Shown in pieces: positions 49,498-61,209 of a DNA stretch of 64,000 nucleotides. Under the pieces are notes generated by a model. That model saw nothing but the letters and a program-made list of their open reading frames with translations, was not told where the DNA came from and did no database searches. Positions within the stretch are counted from its first letter, which is position 1; the number at the start of each line of letters is the position of its first letter. The position numbers and the translations under genes are program-made. Origin of the DNA: Phyllobates terribilis (Eukaryota); NCBI RefSeq assembly GCF_046119375.1, contig NW_027362761.1:128526001-128590000 (forward strand). Reading direction: 5' to 3'.

Positions 49498-51019
49498 TAT
49501 ATAATATGATGATTGCAATATATTAAGAGGATAAAAACTTGATGGGAGGAGTGCTTCTTTAACCCCTTAACAACATCTGACGTACTAATACGCGTCTGTG
49601 CCCTGGGACTTAAGAGCCAGACCCGTATTAGTACATCATGGCGATCGCGCGCGCACACAGGCTGTGCGGGCGCGATCGCCGCCGGGTGTCAGCTGATTGT
49701 CACAGCTGACACCCGATACTATGTGCAGGGAGCGGTCCTGCACCGCTCCCAACACATTAACCCCCGCGATGCTGCGATCGAAGTCGATCGCAGCGTTGCG
49801 GGGGCAAGGGGAGGTGATCGCAGATACTCACCTCCTCTTCCAGCTTCCAGCGCTGTCTGCAAAGGCTTCCCGGGTGTTGCCATGACGACCCAATGTCGTC
49901 ATGACAACATCCGGGTCACCAGACAGCAGGAAGATTGTTTGGTCATGCTCAGTGCATCTCCAAACAATCTTCTCCCTGTCCAGCGCTGACAGCCTGCATG
50001 ACACAGGGATGGTGCTGCATTCCTGTGCCATGCAGGCGATCAGAGAAAAAAAAAGTGAAAGTCCCAGAGTGGGACAAAGTAATAAACTATATAAGCTTCC
50101 AGAAAGTGAAAAAAAAAAATTGCAAAAATATAAAAAAATAAATAAAAAAAATAATCCACCAAAAATAAAAATATAATGTACCCATCAATAAATATTATTA
50201 TAAAAAAAAAACAAAAAAAAAACAATAAAAGTACACATATTTGGTATCGCCACGTCCGGAACAACCTGACCTATAAAACTGTCCCACTAGTTAACCCCTT
50301 CAGTGAACACGGTAAAAAAAAAAAAACGAAGCAAAAAACAATCCTTTATCACCATAGCGCCAAACAAAAAATGGAATAACACGCGATCAAAAAGACGCAT
50401 ATAAATAAAAATGATACCGCTGAAAACGTCATCTCGTCCCGCAAAAAACAAGCCGCCATACAGCTCCATCATCCGAAAAATAAAAAAGTTATAGCTCTCA
50501 GAATAAAGCGATGCTAAAAAATATTTTTTTCTATAAAATTGCTTTTATTATGCAAAAGTGCAAAACATAGAAATACGATATAAATGTGGTACCGCTGTAA
50601 ATGTACTGACCCGAAGAATAAAGCTGCCTTATCAATTTTACCACACGCGGAACAGAATTAAAAAAAAAAACAATTCCTGAATTGTTGGTTTTTGTTTATT
50701 CTGCCTCCCAAAAATCGGAATAGAAAGCGATCAAAAAATGACACGTGCCTGAAAATGGCACCAATAAAGACATCAAATTGTCCCGCAAAAAACAAGCCGT
50801 CACATGACTGTCTGCCAAAATCTGGAAAAATTATAGCTCTCAAAATATGGCGATGCAAAAACTAGATTTTACAAAAAATGCGTCTTTTAGTGTGTGACAG
50901 CTGTCAGTCATAAAAATCCCATATGATTCTGGTATTGCTGTAATCACACCGACCCGAAGAATAAAGTCGTCTAATCACTTATACCGCATGAGGAACGGCG
51001 TCAAAAATAAACTCTTGGG

Positions 51020-51230
51020 TTAGGATTGGGCTAGGGTTGTGCTAGGGTTAGGGCTGGGTTTGGGGCTAGGGTTGTGCTGGGGCTAGGGTTGTGCTGGGGC
51101 TAGGGTTGTGCTGGGGCTAGGGTTGTGCTGGGGCTAGGGTTGTGCTGGGGCTAGGGTTGTGCTGGGGCTAGGGTTGTGCTGGGGCTAGGGTTGTGCTGGG
51201 GCTGGGGTTGTGCTAGGGCTGGGGTTGGGA
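51020..51230 (+). repeat. 17-bp G-rich tandem repeat (TGGGGCTAGGGTTGTGC)n, telomere-like
   Basis: Direct read. About 9 pure units preceded by degenerate TAGGG motifs. Confidence 0.9.
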
Positions 51231-51271
51231 TTTTTTTCAAAAGTAAGAAAAAAAGATGACGATATGGCGAC

Positions 51272-51572
51272 TAGTGTTGAGCGCAAGTGCTCGCTACTTG
51301 AGTTTGCATCGGGTGCTCTGGTATGCATTGATTATCGTGGGTATTTGAGTGACATGCTCGAGTCTCTGCCCCATATGCTCCGCGGCCAAAAAAACTTTAC
51401 GGGGATTGCCTGCCATGCACGAGCGATCCCCGCATGTTTTTTTTTGGGTGTCTAATAACCGTGAAACATGCGGAGCAGGGACTCGAGCATGTCACTTGAG
51501 CACCCGTGATACATGGTGCATACCCGAGTACCCAGTGCAAACTCAAGTAGCGAGCACTTGCACTCAAGACTA
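51272..51572. mobile_element. hAT-type MITE nested in the 4.2-kb element
   Basis: TAGTGTTGAGCG-type TIRs. TSD ATGGCGAC / ATGACAAC (6 of 8 match). Confidence 0.7.
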
Positions 51573-51659
51573 ATGACAACTTATTCAATATGATGACCTA
51601 ATGTAAACAAATTCTGTGTCGTACCTCTGGGTTCAAAATGTTCACTATACACCTTAATA

Positions 51660-52915
51660 AAATCCTTGAGGGGTATAGTTTCCAAAATGGGGTCACTTGT
51701 GGGGGAGCTCCACTGTTTAGGCACATCACGGGCTCTCCAAACGCGACATGGTGTCCGCTAACAAATTGAATGGAAAATCGGCTCAAATTGTTAGCGGACG
51801 CCATGTTGCATTTGGAGAGCTACTGCGTGCCCAAACATTGGAGCTCCCCCACAAGTGACCCCATTTTGGAAACTAGACCCCCCAAGGCACCTATCTAGAT
51901 GCATAGTGAGCACTTGGAACCCCCAGGTGCTTCACAAATTGATTCATAAAAATGAAAAAGTGTTTTTTTTTTTCACTTTTTCATTTTTACAAATCAATTT
52001 GTGAAGCACCTGGGGGTTCCAAGTGATCACTATGCATCTAGATAGGTGCCTTGGGGGGTCTAGTTTCCAAAATGGGGTCACTTGTGGGGGAGCTCCAATG
52101 TTTGGGCACACAGGGCTCTCCAAACGCAACATGGTGTCCGCTAACAATTTGAGCCGATTTTATATTCAATTCGTTAGCGGATACCATGTTGCATTTGGAG
52201 AGTCCCTGTGTGCCCAAACATTGTAGCTCCCCCACAAGTGACCCTATTTTGGAAACTAGACCCCCCAAGGCACCTATCTAGATGCATAGTGAGCACTTGG
52301 AACCACTAGGTGCTTCACAAATTGATTCATAAAAATGAAAAAGTGAAAAAAAAAAAAAACACTTTTTCATTTTTACGAAACAATTTGTGAAGCACCTGGA
52401 GGTTCCAAGTGCTCACTATGCATCTAGATAGGTGCCTTTGGGGGTCTAGTTTCCAAAATGAGGTCACTTGTGGGGGAGCTCCAATGTTTAGGCACACAGA
52501 GGCTCTCCAAACGCGACATGGTGTCCGCTAACAAATTGAATGGAAAATCGGCTCAAATTGTTAGCGGACGCCATGTCGCATTTGGAGAGCTACTGCGTGC
52601 CCAAACATTGGAGCTCCCCCACAAGTGACCCCATTTTGGAAACTAGACCCCCCTAGGCACCTATCTAGATGCATAGTGAGCACTTGGAACCTCCAGGTGC
52701 TTCACAAATTGATTCATAAAAATGAAAAAGTGTTTTTTTTTTCACTTTTTCATTTTTACAAATCAATTTGTGAAGCACCTGAGGGTTCCAAGTGATCACC
52801 ATGCATCTAGATAGGTGCCTTGGGGGGTCTAGTTTCCAAAATGGGGTCACTTGTGGGGGAGCTCCAATGTTTGGGCACACAGGGGCTCTCCAAACACAAC
52901 ATGGTGTCCGCTAAT
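51660..52915. repeat. About 385-bp tandem array built from alternating inverted modules
   Basis: TAGTTTCCAAAATG(G/A)GGTCACTTGTGGGGGAGCTCC near 51676, 52061, 52447 and 52829. Its reverse complement occurs near 51840, 52225 and 52610. Confidence 0.9.
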
Positions 52916-53744
52916 TATTCAAGCAAATTTTACAATCAAAAAGTCAAATGGCGCTCCTTCCCTTCCGAGCCCTGCCGTGCGCCCAAACAGTGTTTTTTCC
53001 CAACATATTGGGTATCTGCGTGCCCAGGGGAAATTGCACAACAAATTTTGGGGTCCATTTTTTCTTGTTACCCCTGTGAAAATAAAAAAAATTGGGTCTA
53101 AAGTAACATTTTTGTGAAAAAAGTTAAATGTTCATTTTTTTCTTCCACATTCAAAAAATTCCTGTGAAGCACCTGAAGGGTTAATAAAGTTCTTGAATGT
53201 GGTTTTGAGCACCTTGAGGGGTGCAGTTTTTAGAATGGTGTCACTTTTGGGTATTTTCTGTCATAAAGACCTCTCAAAGTGACTTCAAATGTGATGTGGT
53301 CCCTAAAAAAATGGTTTTGTAAATTTTGTTGGAAAAATGAGAAATCGCTGGTCAACTTTTAACCCTTATAGCTCCCTAACAAAAAAAAATTTTGGTTCCA
53401 AAATTGTGCTGATGTAAAGTAGATATGTGGGAAATGTTATTTATTAACTATTTTGTGTGACATATCTCTCTGATTTAAGGGCATAAAAATTCAAATTTTG
53501 AAAATTGCAACATTTTCAAAATTTTCGCCAAATTTCCGTTTTTTTTCACAAATAAACGCAAGTGATATCGAAGAAATTTTACCACAATCATGAAGTACAA
53601 TACGTCACGAAAAAACAATCTCAGAATCAGGGGGATCCGTTGAAGCGTTCCAGAGTAATTACCTCATAAAGTGACAGTGGTCAGAATTGTAAAAATTGGC
53701 CTGGTCATTAACGTGCTAACCACCCTCGGGGCTTAAGGGGTTAA

Positions 53745-54175
53745 AGGGGTTTTCCACTACTTGGACAACACCCTCTCAATCCCTATGTTTGCCCCCAATA
53801 AAATAATAACATGTATACTCACCTCCGCTCCAGCGGTGTCAGCACTGGCTCTCCCGGGACTCCCGTGACATTATGTCACATGATCCCTGCAGCCAATCAG
53901 CGCTGGGGTTACGCTCCTCTGCTACGGATGTAATTGACATCCAGTGGACGTGAGAGCTGCAACTGCTCTCTCACTTTCTCCAGATGTATGAAGGAGATGA
54001 GAGCTGAGCCAGTGCTGATTGGCCGCAGTGATTGACTGACATAACAAGGTCACGCCATCCACTGGAAAGACAATGGTAACACAGCTGAAATGGCACCGGC
54101 ACTGGAGGTGAGTATAAGTGCTATGATTTTATATAGGTATTGAGAAGGGGGTTGTCCAAGTAGTGGATAACCCCT
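53745..54175. mobile_element. T2-type MITE sharing a TTAA with the adjacent piggyBac-like element
   Basis: TTAA-AGGGGTTTTCCACTACTTGGACAAC ... GTTGTCCAAGTAGTGGATAACCCCT-TTAA. Confidence 0.8.
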
Positions 54176-54623
54176 TTAACAGTGTCATCTTTACAACAAT
54201 ATCTGCTCTGGGAATTATTGCTGCTGATTTCTCTGTGGCATTTCTACTGCTAAAAGTCCACATTGGAATTGCGCTATGTGAGTATACCCTAAGGGTCCTT
54301 TTTGGTTGGGGACTCATGTAGCATTTGGTGGACATGTGGCACACACATAAATACATGTGCTTCTGAGTTCTACATGTTTTATGCAAATGTAGTCAGAGAC
54401 TACTTTTTCTTTCTTATGAGAAAAACTAATAAACCTCTGACCAAACTCTGATGGTAAAAACTAACACTGACCAAACACTGATCTAAATATCATCTAAAAG
54501 GCTGATGAAAACCTGATCCTAAACACTGAGGAAGCTGACGTCTGAATGAGGCCTTACTCAATATCCAATAATTCAGCGTCTAGGTGCCAGCCCGAAATCA
54601 CAGAAATGAAGGGCAGAACGTAC

Positions 54624-54817
54624 CTGTGTTCTTGTGGCCTTTCAGGACATACAGAGCGTTAGGACTATCAAGGCTGAATACACAGATGTTCTGGTCGTTT
54701 CCACCGGTGGCAATCAGTCCTCGTGGGTAGCTGTCGCTCGGGGGGATATAGCATACACAAGAGACAAAGTTGGAGTGTCCCTTCATACGATTCAGCTCAA
54801 TGAAACCTGTGCTGGGA
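54624..54817 (-). CDS. PLAA: PLAA coding exon 2 (194 nt; WD40)
   Basis: TTCAG acceptor, GTACGT donor. [65 protein letters not shown]. Confidence 0.97.
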
Positions 54818-54939
54818 CTGAACACGTACAATATACGTTAGTACATTAGATGGCCATATAGATAATCACTGCACACAAGATGCATCTACAAATATACATG
54901 TGCTTTATAGCTAAATAATCCATGCTTTAACAGGTAGTC

Positions 54940-55893
54940 AGGCACTCCGCCTGCTCCGCATCACGGCAGGCACTCCGCCTGCTCCGCATCACGTCACGGC
55001 AGGCACTCCGCCTGCTCCGCATCACGTCACGTCAGGCACTCCGTCTGCTTCGCATCACGTCACGTCAGGCACTCCGTCTGCTCCGCATCACGTCACGTCA
55101 GGCACTCCGTCTGCTTCGCATCACGTCACGTCAGGCACTCCGTCTGCTTCGCATCACGTCACGTCAGGCACTCCGTCTGCTTCGCATCACGTCACGTCAG
55201 GCACTCCGTCTGCTTCGCATCACGTCACGTCAGGCACTCCGTCTGCTTCGCATCACGTCACGTCAGGCACTCCGTCTGCTTCGCATCACGTCACGTCAGG
55301 CACTCCGTCTGCTTCGCATCACGTCACGTCAGGCACTCCGTCTGCTTCGCATCACGTCACGTCAGGCACTCCGTCTGCTTCGCATCACGTCACGTCAGGC
55401 ACTCCGTCTGCTTCGCATCACGTCACGTCAGGCACTCCGTCTGCTTCGCATCACGTCACGTCAGGCACTCCGTCTGCTTCGCATCACGTCACGTCAGGCA
55501 CTCCGTCTGCTTCGCATCACGTCACGTCAGGCACTCCGTCTGCTTCGCATCACGTCACGTCAGGCACTCCGTCTGCTTCGCATCACGTCACGTCAGGCAC
55601 TCCGTCTGCTTCGCATCACGTCACGTCAGGCACTCCGTCTGCTTCGCATCACGTCACGTCAGGCACTCCGTCTGCTTCGCATCACGTCACGTCAGGCACT
55701 CCGTCTGCTTCGCATCACGTCACGTCAGGCACTCCGTCTGCTTCGCATCACGTCACGTCAGGCACTCCGTCTGCTTCGCATCACGTCACGTCAGGCACTC
55801 CGTCTGCTTTGCATCACGTCACGTCAGGCACTCCGTCTGCTTTGCATCACGTCACGTCAGGCACTCCGTCTGCTTTGCATCACGTCACGTCAG
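54940..55893. repeat. 33-bp minisatellite (ATCACGTCACGTCAGGCACTCCGTCTGCTTCGC)n, about 28 units
   Basis: Direct read. Near-perfect central units, variant units at both ends. Confidence 0.97.
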
Positions 55894-55897
55894 GTGA

Positions 55898-57785
55898 CTT
55901 TTGTATGGTTCTTGGTGGTGTAAGGCTTACATGCAGCTGCTTGGGATGTTTTGTATGGTTCTTGGTGGTGTAATGCTTACATGTAGCTGCTTGGGATGTT
56001 TTGTATGGTTCTTGGTGGTGTAATGCTTACATGCAGCTGCTTGGGATGCTTTGTATGGTTCTTGGTGGTGTAAGGCTTACATGCAGCTGCTTGGGATGTT
56101 TTGTATGGTTCTTGGTGGTGTAAGGCTTACATGCAGCTGCTTGGGATGTTTTGTATGGTTCTTGGTGGTGTAAGGCTTACATGCAGCTGCTTGGGATGTT
56201 TTGTATGGTCCTTGGTGGTGTAAGGCTTACATGCAGCTGCTTGGGATGTTTTGTATGGTTCTTGGTGGTGTAAGGCTTACATGCAGCTGCTTGGGATGTT
56301 TTGTATGGTTCTTGGTGGTGTAAGGCTTACATGCAGCTGCTTGGGATGTTTTGTATGGTTCTTGGTGGTGTAAGGCTTACATGCAGCTGCTTGGGATGTT
56401 TTGTATGGTTCTTGGTGGTGTAAGGCTTACATGCAGCTGTTTGGGATGTTTTGTATGGTTCTTGGTGGTGTAATGCTTACATGCAGCTGCTTGGGATGCT
56501 TTGTATGGTTCTTGGTGGTGTAAGGCTTACATGCAGCTGCTTGGGATGCTTTGCATGGTCCTTGGTGGTGTAAGGCTTACATGCAGCTGCTTGGGATGCT
56601 TTGTATGGTCCTTGGTGGTGTAAGGCTTACATGCAGCTGCTGGGGATGTTTTGTATGGTCCTTGGTGGTGTAAGGCTTACATGCAGCTGCTGGGGATGTT
56701 TTGTATGGTCCTTGGTGGTGTAAGGCTTACATGCAGCTGCTTGGGATGTTTTGTATGGTCCTTGGTGGTGTAAGGCTTACATGCAGCTGCTTGGGATGTT
56801 TTGTATGGTCCTTGGTGGTGTAAGGTTACATGCAGCTGCTTGGGATGTTTTGTATGGTTCTTGGTGGTGTAAGGCTTACATGCAGCTGCTTGGGATGTTT
56901 TGTATGGTTCTTGGTGGTGTAAGGCTTACATGCAGCTGCTTGGGATGTTTTGTATGGTTCTTGGTGGTGTAAGGCTTACATGCAGCTGCTTGGGATGTTT
57001 TGTATGGTTCTTGGTGGTGTAAGGCTTACATGCAGCTGCTTGGGATGTTTTGTATGGTCCTTGGTGGTGTAAGGCTTACATGCAGCTGCTTGGGATGTTT
57101 TGTATGGTCCTTGGTGGTGTAAGGCGTACATGCAGCTGCTTGGGATGTTTTGTATGGTCCTTGGTGGTGTAAGGCTTACATGCAGCTGCTTGGGATGTTT
57201 TGTATGGTTCTTGGTGGTGTAAGGCTTACATGCAGCTGCTTGGGATGTTTTGTATGGTCCTTGGTGGTGTAAGGCTTACATGCAGCAGCTTGGGATGTTT
57301 TGTATGGTCCTTGGTGGTGTAAGGCTTACATGCAGCAGCTTGGGATGTTTTGTATGGTTCTTGGTGGTGTAAGGCTTACATGCAGCTGCTTGGGATGTTT
57401 TGTATGGTCCTTGGTGGTGTAAGGCTTACATGCAGCAGCTTAGGATGTTTTGTATGGTTCTTGGTGGTGTAAGGCTTACATGCAGCTGCTTGGGATGTTT
57501 TGTATGGTCCTTGGTGGTGTAAGGCTTACATGCAGCTGCTTGGGATGTTTTGTATGGTCCTTGGTGGTGTAAGGCTTACATGCAGCTGCTTGGGATGTTT
57601 TGTATGGTTCTTGGTGGTGTAAGGCTTACATGCAGCAGCTTGGGATGTTTTGTATGGTCCTTGGTGGTGTAAGGCTTACATGCAGCTGCTTGGGATGTTT
57701 TGTATGGTCCTTGGTGGTGTAAGGCTTACATGCAGCAGCTTAGGATGTTTTGTATGGTTCTTGGTAGTGTAATGCTTACATGCAC
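55898..57785. repeat. 50-bp minisatellite (TTGTATGGTTCTTGGTGGTGTAAGGCTTACATGCAGCTGCTTGGGATGTT)n, about 37 units
   Basis: Direct read. Directly abuts the 33-bp array. Confidence 0.97.
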
Positions 57786-58338
57786 CTGCTCGGCCTTGGG
57801 AACCCTCGCCATGCTGCTGGCAGAGATCACATTTTGTGCTGTGTACTCAATGGCACACAGAGCGCTGGTGACAGGTGCACTTTGCTCCCAGCAGTCAGTG
57901 ACCCCTCTGTAATGTTCCGTGGTCTGTCACATCATGGCTGCGGTTCCTTCCACTTTTCATTATTATCAATCATTTAGGGGCGAAGAAACGTGACTGACTA
58001 CAGGGGTGGCACCCTATTATAGGAGCGGGCTGGGATCACTAGCTATCGTCACGTTAGTAAGGCAGCATGGCGGGGGGCAATGGGGTGAGCTGGACTCCGG
58101 TGATTGCGGTACACAGCTCGGTTACCTCCGCATTCCCATAGTGAATGGAGCGGTGGTGGTCCCAGTGTCTGGCATCACCCATCCCATAGGCAGGAGATGC
58201 CTTCTACACATAGCACCCTGTAGTGAGGCTGGCATCATCCTATAGAACCAGTAGTATCGGTGCACATGCCATCACCATGGTTACGGGGGTCCTTGCACAC
58301 ATTTAACACCTGATCTGCCTCCCCGGGGGGTCTCTCAC

Positions 58339-58487
58339 CTGTTCGGCACCCACAGGCGTGCGCTCCTGTCACGTGATACGGAGACGAAGCCCTCACCTGG
58401 CGATAAGGGGCATGAGACCACCCCGCGGACATCCAGCTCGTGCCCGGGGATAGAGCAGCGCAGCCGGTAACAGCCGGCCTCCGCCAT
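58339..58487 (-). CDS. PLAA: PLAA coding exon 1 (149 nt)
   Basis: GTCATGG start. [49 protein letters not shown], matching recalled [16 protein letters not shown]...[13 protein letters not shown]. Donor AG|GTGAGA. All 14 exons join in one frame (2382 nt). Confidence 0.96.
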
Positions 58488-58571
58488 GACACAGCAGCCG
58501 CCGCACACAGCACGGAAATGATGCGGCCGGCGGAGGCCAATCCCGGGCAGCGTAGGAAGTGACGGAAGACA
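58488..58571 (-). promoter_or_regulatory. PLAA 5'UTR / candidate core promoter
   Basis: CpG-rich. CCAAT (58537-58541) and tandem ETS cores GGAAGT (58555-58560) and CGGAAG (58563-58568). TSS not determinable from sequence. Confidence 0.55.
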
Positions 58572-59225
58572 CGGCCTCCTGTGGGGGGCAGGCTGCCTGT
58601 ACATGGTGGTGTGCACTGCCCGGCCTCCTGTGGGGGGCAGGCTGCCTGTACATGGTGGTGTGCACTGCCCGGCCTCCTGTGGGGGGCAGGCTGCCTGTAC
58701 ATGGTGGTGTGCACTGCCCGGCCTCCTGTGGGGGGCAGGCTGCCTGTACATGGTGGTGTGCACTGCCCGGCCTCCTGTGGGGGGCAGGCTGCCTGTACAT
58801 GGTGGTGTGCACTGCCCGGCCTCCTGTGGGGGGCAGGCTGCCTGTACACGGCTGTGTGCACTGCTCGGCCTCCTGTGGGGGGCAGGCTGCCTGTACGCGG
58901 CTGTGTGCACTGCTCGTCCTCCTGTGGGGGACAGGCTGCCTGTACGCGGCTGTGTGCACTGCTCGGCCTCCTGTGGGGGGCAGGCTGCCTGTAGGCGTTG
59001 TTGCGCCCGGCCTCCTGTGGGGGGCAGGCTGCCTGTAGGCGTTGGTGCGCCCGGCCTCCTGTGGGGGGCAGGCTGCCTGTAGGCGTTGGTGCGCCCGGCC
59101 TCCTCTGGGGGGCAGGCTGCCTGTGCGCGGCGTTGTGCACTGCTCGGCCTCCTGTGGGGGGCAGGCTGCCTGTACGTGGCGGTGCGCCCGGCCTCCTGTG
59201 GGGGGCAGGCTGCCTGTACACGGCG
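58572..59225. repeat. GC-rich 49-bp/44-bp minisatellite immediately upstream of PLAA exon 1 (about 14 units)
   Basis: CGGCCTCCTGTGGGGGGCAGGCTGCCTGT core at 58572, 58621, 58670... (period 49) and 59008, 59052... (period 44). Confidence 0.95.
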
Positions 59226-59754
59226 GTGCACCCGTACACCACACTGTTCTGGGCTCACACCGTGGTCCACTTGGTTTATTGGCAACATTTTCTTTTTACA
59301 GGTTTCATAACACAAATAAAAAAAAAAAATCACAATAATAAAATGTATTCCTGAAGTCAGGTACAAAAAGCCCAAACCTGGCATCAAAGTGGCCACCTGA
59401 GGGTGTTATAGAAAAGGTTAAATGACTGCACTGGTCTCACCGCACCATTACACAGACAGGGATGTCTTATCACATTTCGGTCACTCCAGCCTGGCCCAAA
59501 CGGGTTCTGGGCATCATAGTCGGCAAATAGCCAATTTTCTCAGCTTTGAAGGGGTTAAATGACTTTGGGCCATTGACATAACCCCATCCATACACAGCAA
59601 TGGCCCATATCAATATCAGTTCCTGGCATTAACCTGGTGTGGGCATGCGACCATTGTTTATTGATCTGAATATCTTGTGTTCTAAGCTTATTCCAAAAAT
59701 ATTAAGATTTCCCCTAATTATAGAAGAGGGGCTAATTTCATTATCGCTAGCGGT

Positions 59755-61209
59755 CAGTGGCGTACCACTATTAGCGGCAGGGACCATTGATTCAGGGGAC
59801 CCGGTGCCAGTGCCCCATCTGCCCGGCATCACACATTTAAGTGCATCTGCATCATGGATGATGGAACAGAGAGCCGACAGCTCCCTCCTCTGTCATTCTC
59901 CCTGTGTGTCTGACGTCTCAGCGCAGCGGACACGATGATGTCACTACATCGCGCCAGCTGTGCCTATCTGTGCAGAGCTTCAGATCCCCCTCTGCAGATA
60001 CCGGACTAGCCGAGGAGAGGTGAGTAGTTTTAATAAAAAAAAAAAAAAATCAACAAGGACTTTTTGGAGTTTATCATACTATTTAGAGGGCTATTTGGGG
60101 GGCCATCATACTATTTAGAGGGCTATGTGGAGGGACATCATACTATTTAGAGAGTATGAGGTAGCAACATATTATTTCGAGGATTATGTGGGGGCCACTA
60201 AATTATTGGAGGGCTATGTAGGGGCCAATAATACTGTTTAGATGGCTGTGTGGGGGCCATTATACAGTGTGGAGGGCTGTGTGGGGGCCATCATACAGTG
60301 TGGAGGGCTGTGTGGGGGCCATTATACAGTGTGGAGGCCAATATACTGTTTGGAGGGCTGTGTGAGGGCCATTATACTGCTTGGAGGGCGGTGTGAGGGC
60401 CATTATACTGTTTGGAGGGCTGTGTGGGGGCCTTTATACAGTGTGGATGGCTGTGTGAGGGCCATTATACTGTTTGGAGGGCTGTGTGAGGGCCATTATA
60501 CTGTTTGGAGGGCTGTGGGGGGGCCTTTATACAGTGTGGAAGGCTGTGTGGGGCCACTAGACTGTTTAGGGGGCTGTGTGAAGGCCATTATACTGTTTGT
60601 AGGGCTTGGTGGGGGCCATTATGCAGTGTGGAGGGCTGTGGGTTTGGGCCATTTTACTGTTTGGAGGGCTGTGTGGGGTCCATTATACAGTGTGGAGAGT
60701 TGTGTGGGGGCCATTATAGTGTGGAGAGTTGTGTGGGGTCCATTATAATGTTTGGAGGGCTGTGTGAGGGCCATTATACAGTGTGGAGAGTTGTGTGGGG
60801 TCCATTATACTGTTTGGAGGGCTGTGTGGGGGCCATTATTTAGTGTGTTGGGGACTATGGGGGCCATCATATTGTGTTGGGATTACTGTGGGGGTATTAT
60901 ACTTTGCAGGGTGAGGTACTGTAGAATCATCATACTGTGCGTGTAGAGGGTACTGTGGAGGTCATCACTGTTGGGGTACCTACTGTGTTTGGGAGGCACA
61001 TTTGTTGGCATCATACGTTATGGGGTCCATTAAAGGGATATCTTAGTGAGTGGGAACTCTAAGGGGCTTCAATACTTTGTAAAGGCTGCAAAGTTGTGAG
61101 ATATGCTCTTCTGTGACCCTGCTGAATATAATTTGTATTTATTTTTTTGGGGGGGAAGGGCAATAAGGACTTTTGCTATGGGACCCCATGATCTCTATTT
61201 ACGCCTCTG
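59755..61209. mobile_element. hAT-like non-autonomous element with an internal ~31-bp minisatellite
   Basis: CAGTGGCGTA / TACGCCTCTG termini. Degenerate 8-bp flanks CTAGCGGT / CTACTGCT. Confidence 0.55.
60075..60900. repeat. Degenerate ~31-bp tandem repeat (GGCCATTATACTGTTTGGAGGGCTGTGTGAG)n
   Basis: Direct read. Explains the low-complexity ORFs at 60242-60946. Confidence 0.85.

Larger units (their letters stand above)
49563..53740. mobile_element. 4.2-kb piggyBac-like non-autonomous element with internal repeats
   Basis: TTAA-CCCCTTAAC ... GCTTAAGGGG-TTAA (TSDs 49559-49562, 53741-53744). No transposase ORF. Confidence 0.85.

Noticed and set aside
51020-51230. True interstitial telomere or fusion scar
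   Set aside because: Not (TTAGGG)n. It is a 17-bp unit inside a transposon and is present in short form in a sister copy.
54940-57785. 33-bp and 50-bp arrays as CRISPR arrays
   Set aside because: Units are contiguous with no unique spacers, there are no cas genes, and the context is a eukaryotic intron.
58235-59396. Long ORFs (353, 335, 283 aa and plus-strand partners) as novel proteins
   Set aside because: They arise from a stop-free GC-rich minisatellite. Only the last 50 codons of 58335-59396 are PLAA exon 1. The possible short extension is kept as a conditional finding.
60242-60946. Low-complexity ORFs (VWRAVWGPLYSVEG...)
   Set aside because: Products of the ~31-bp minisatellite within a hAT-like element.
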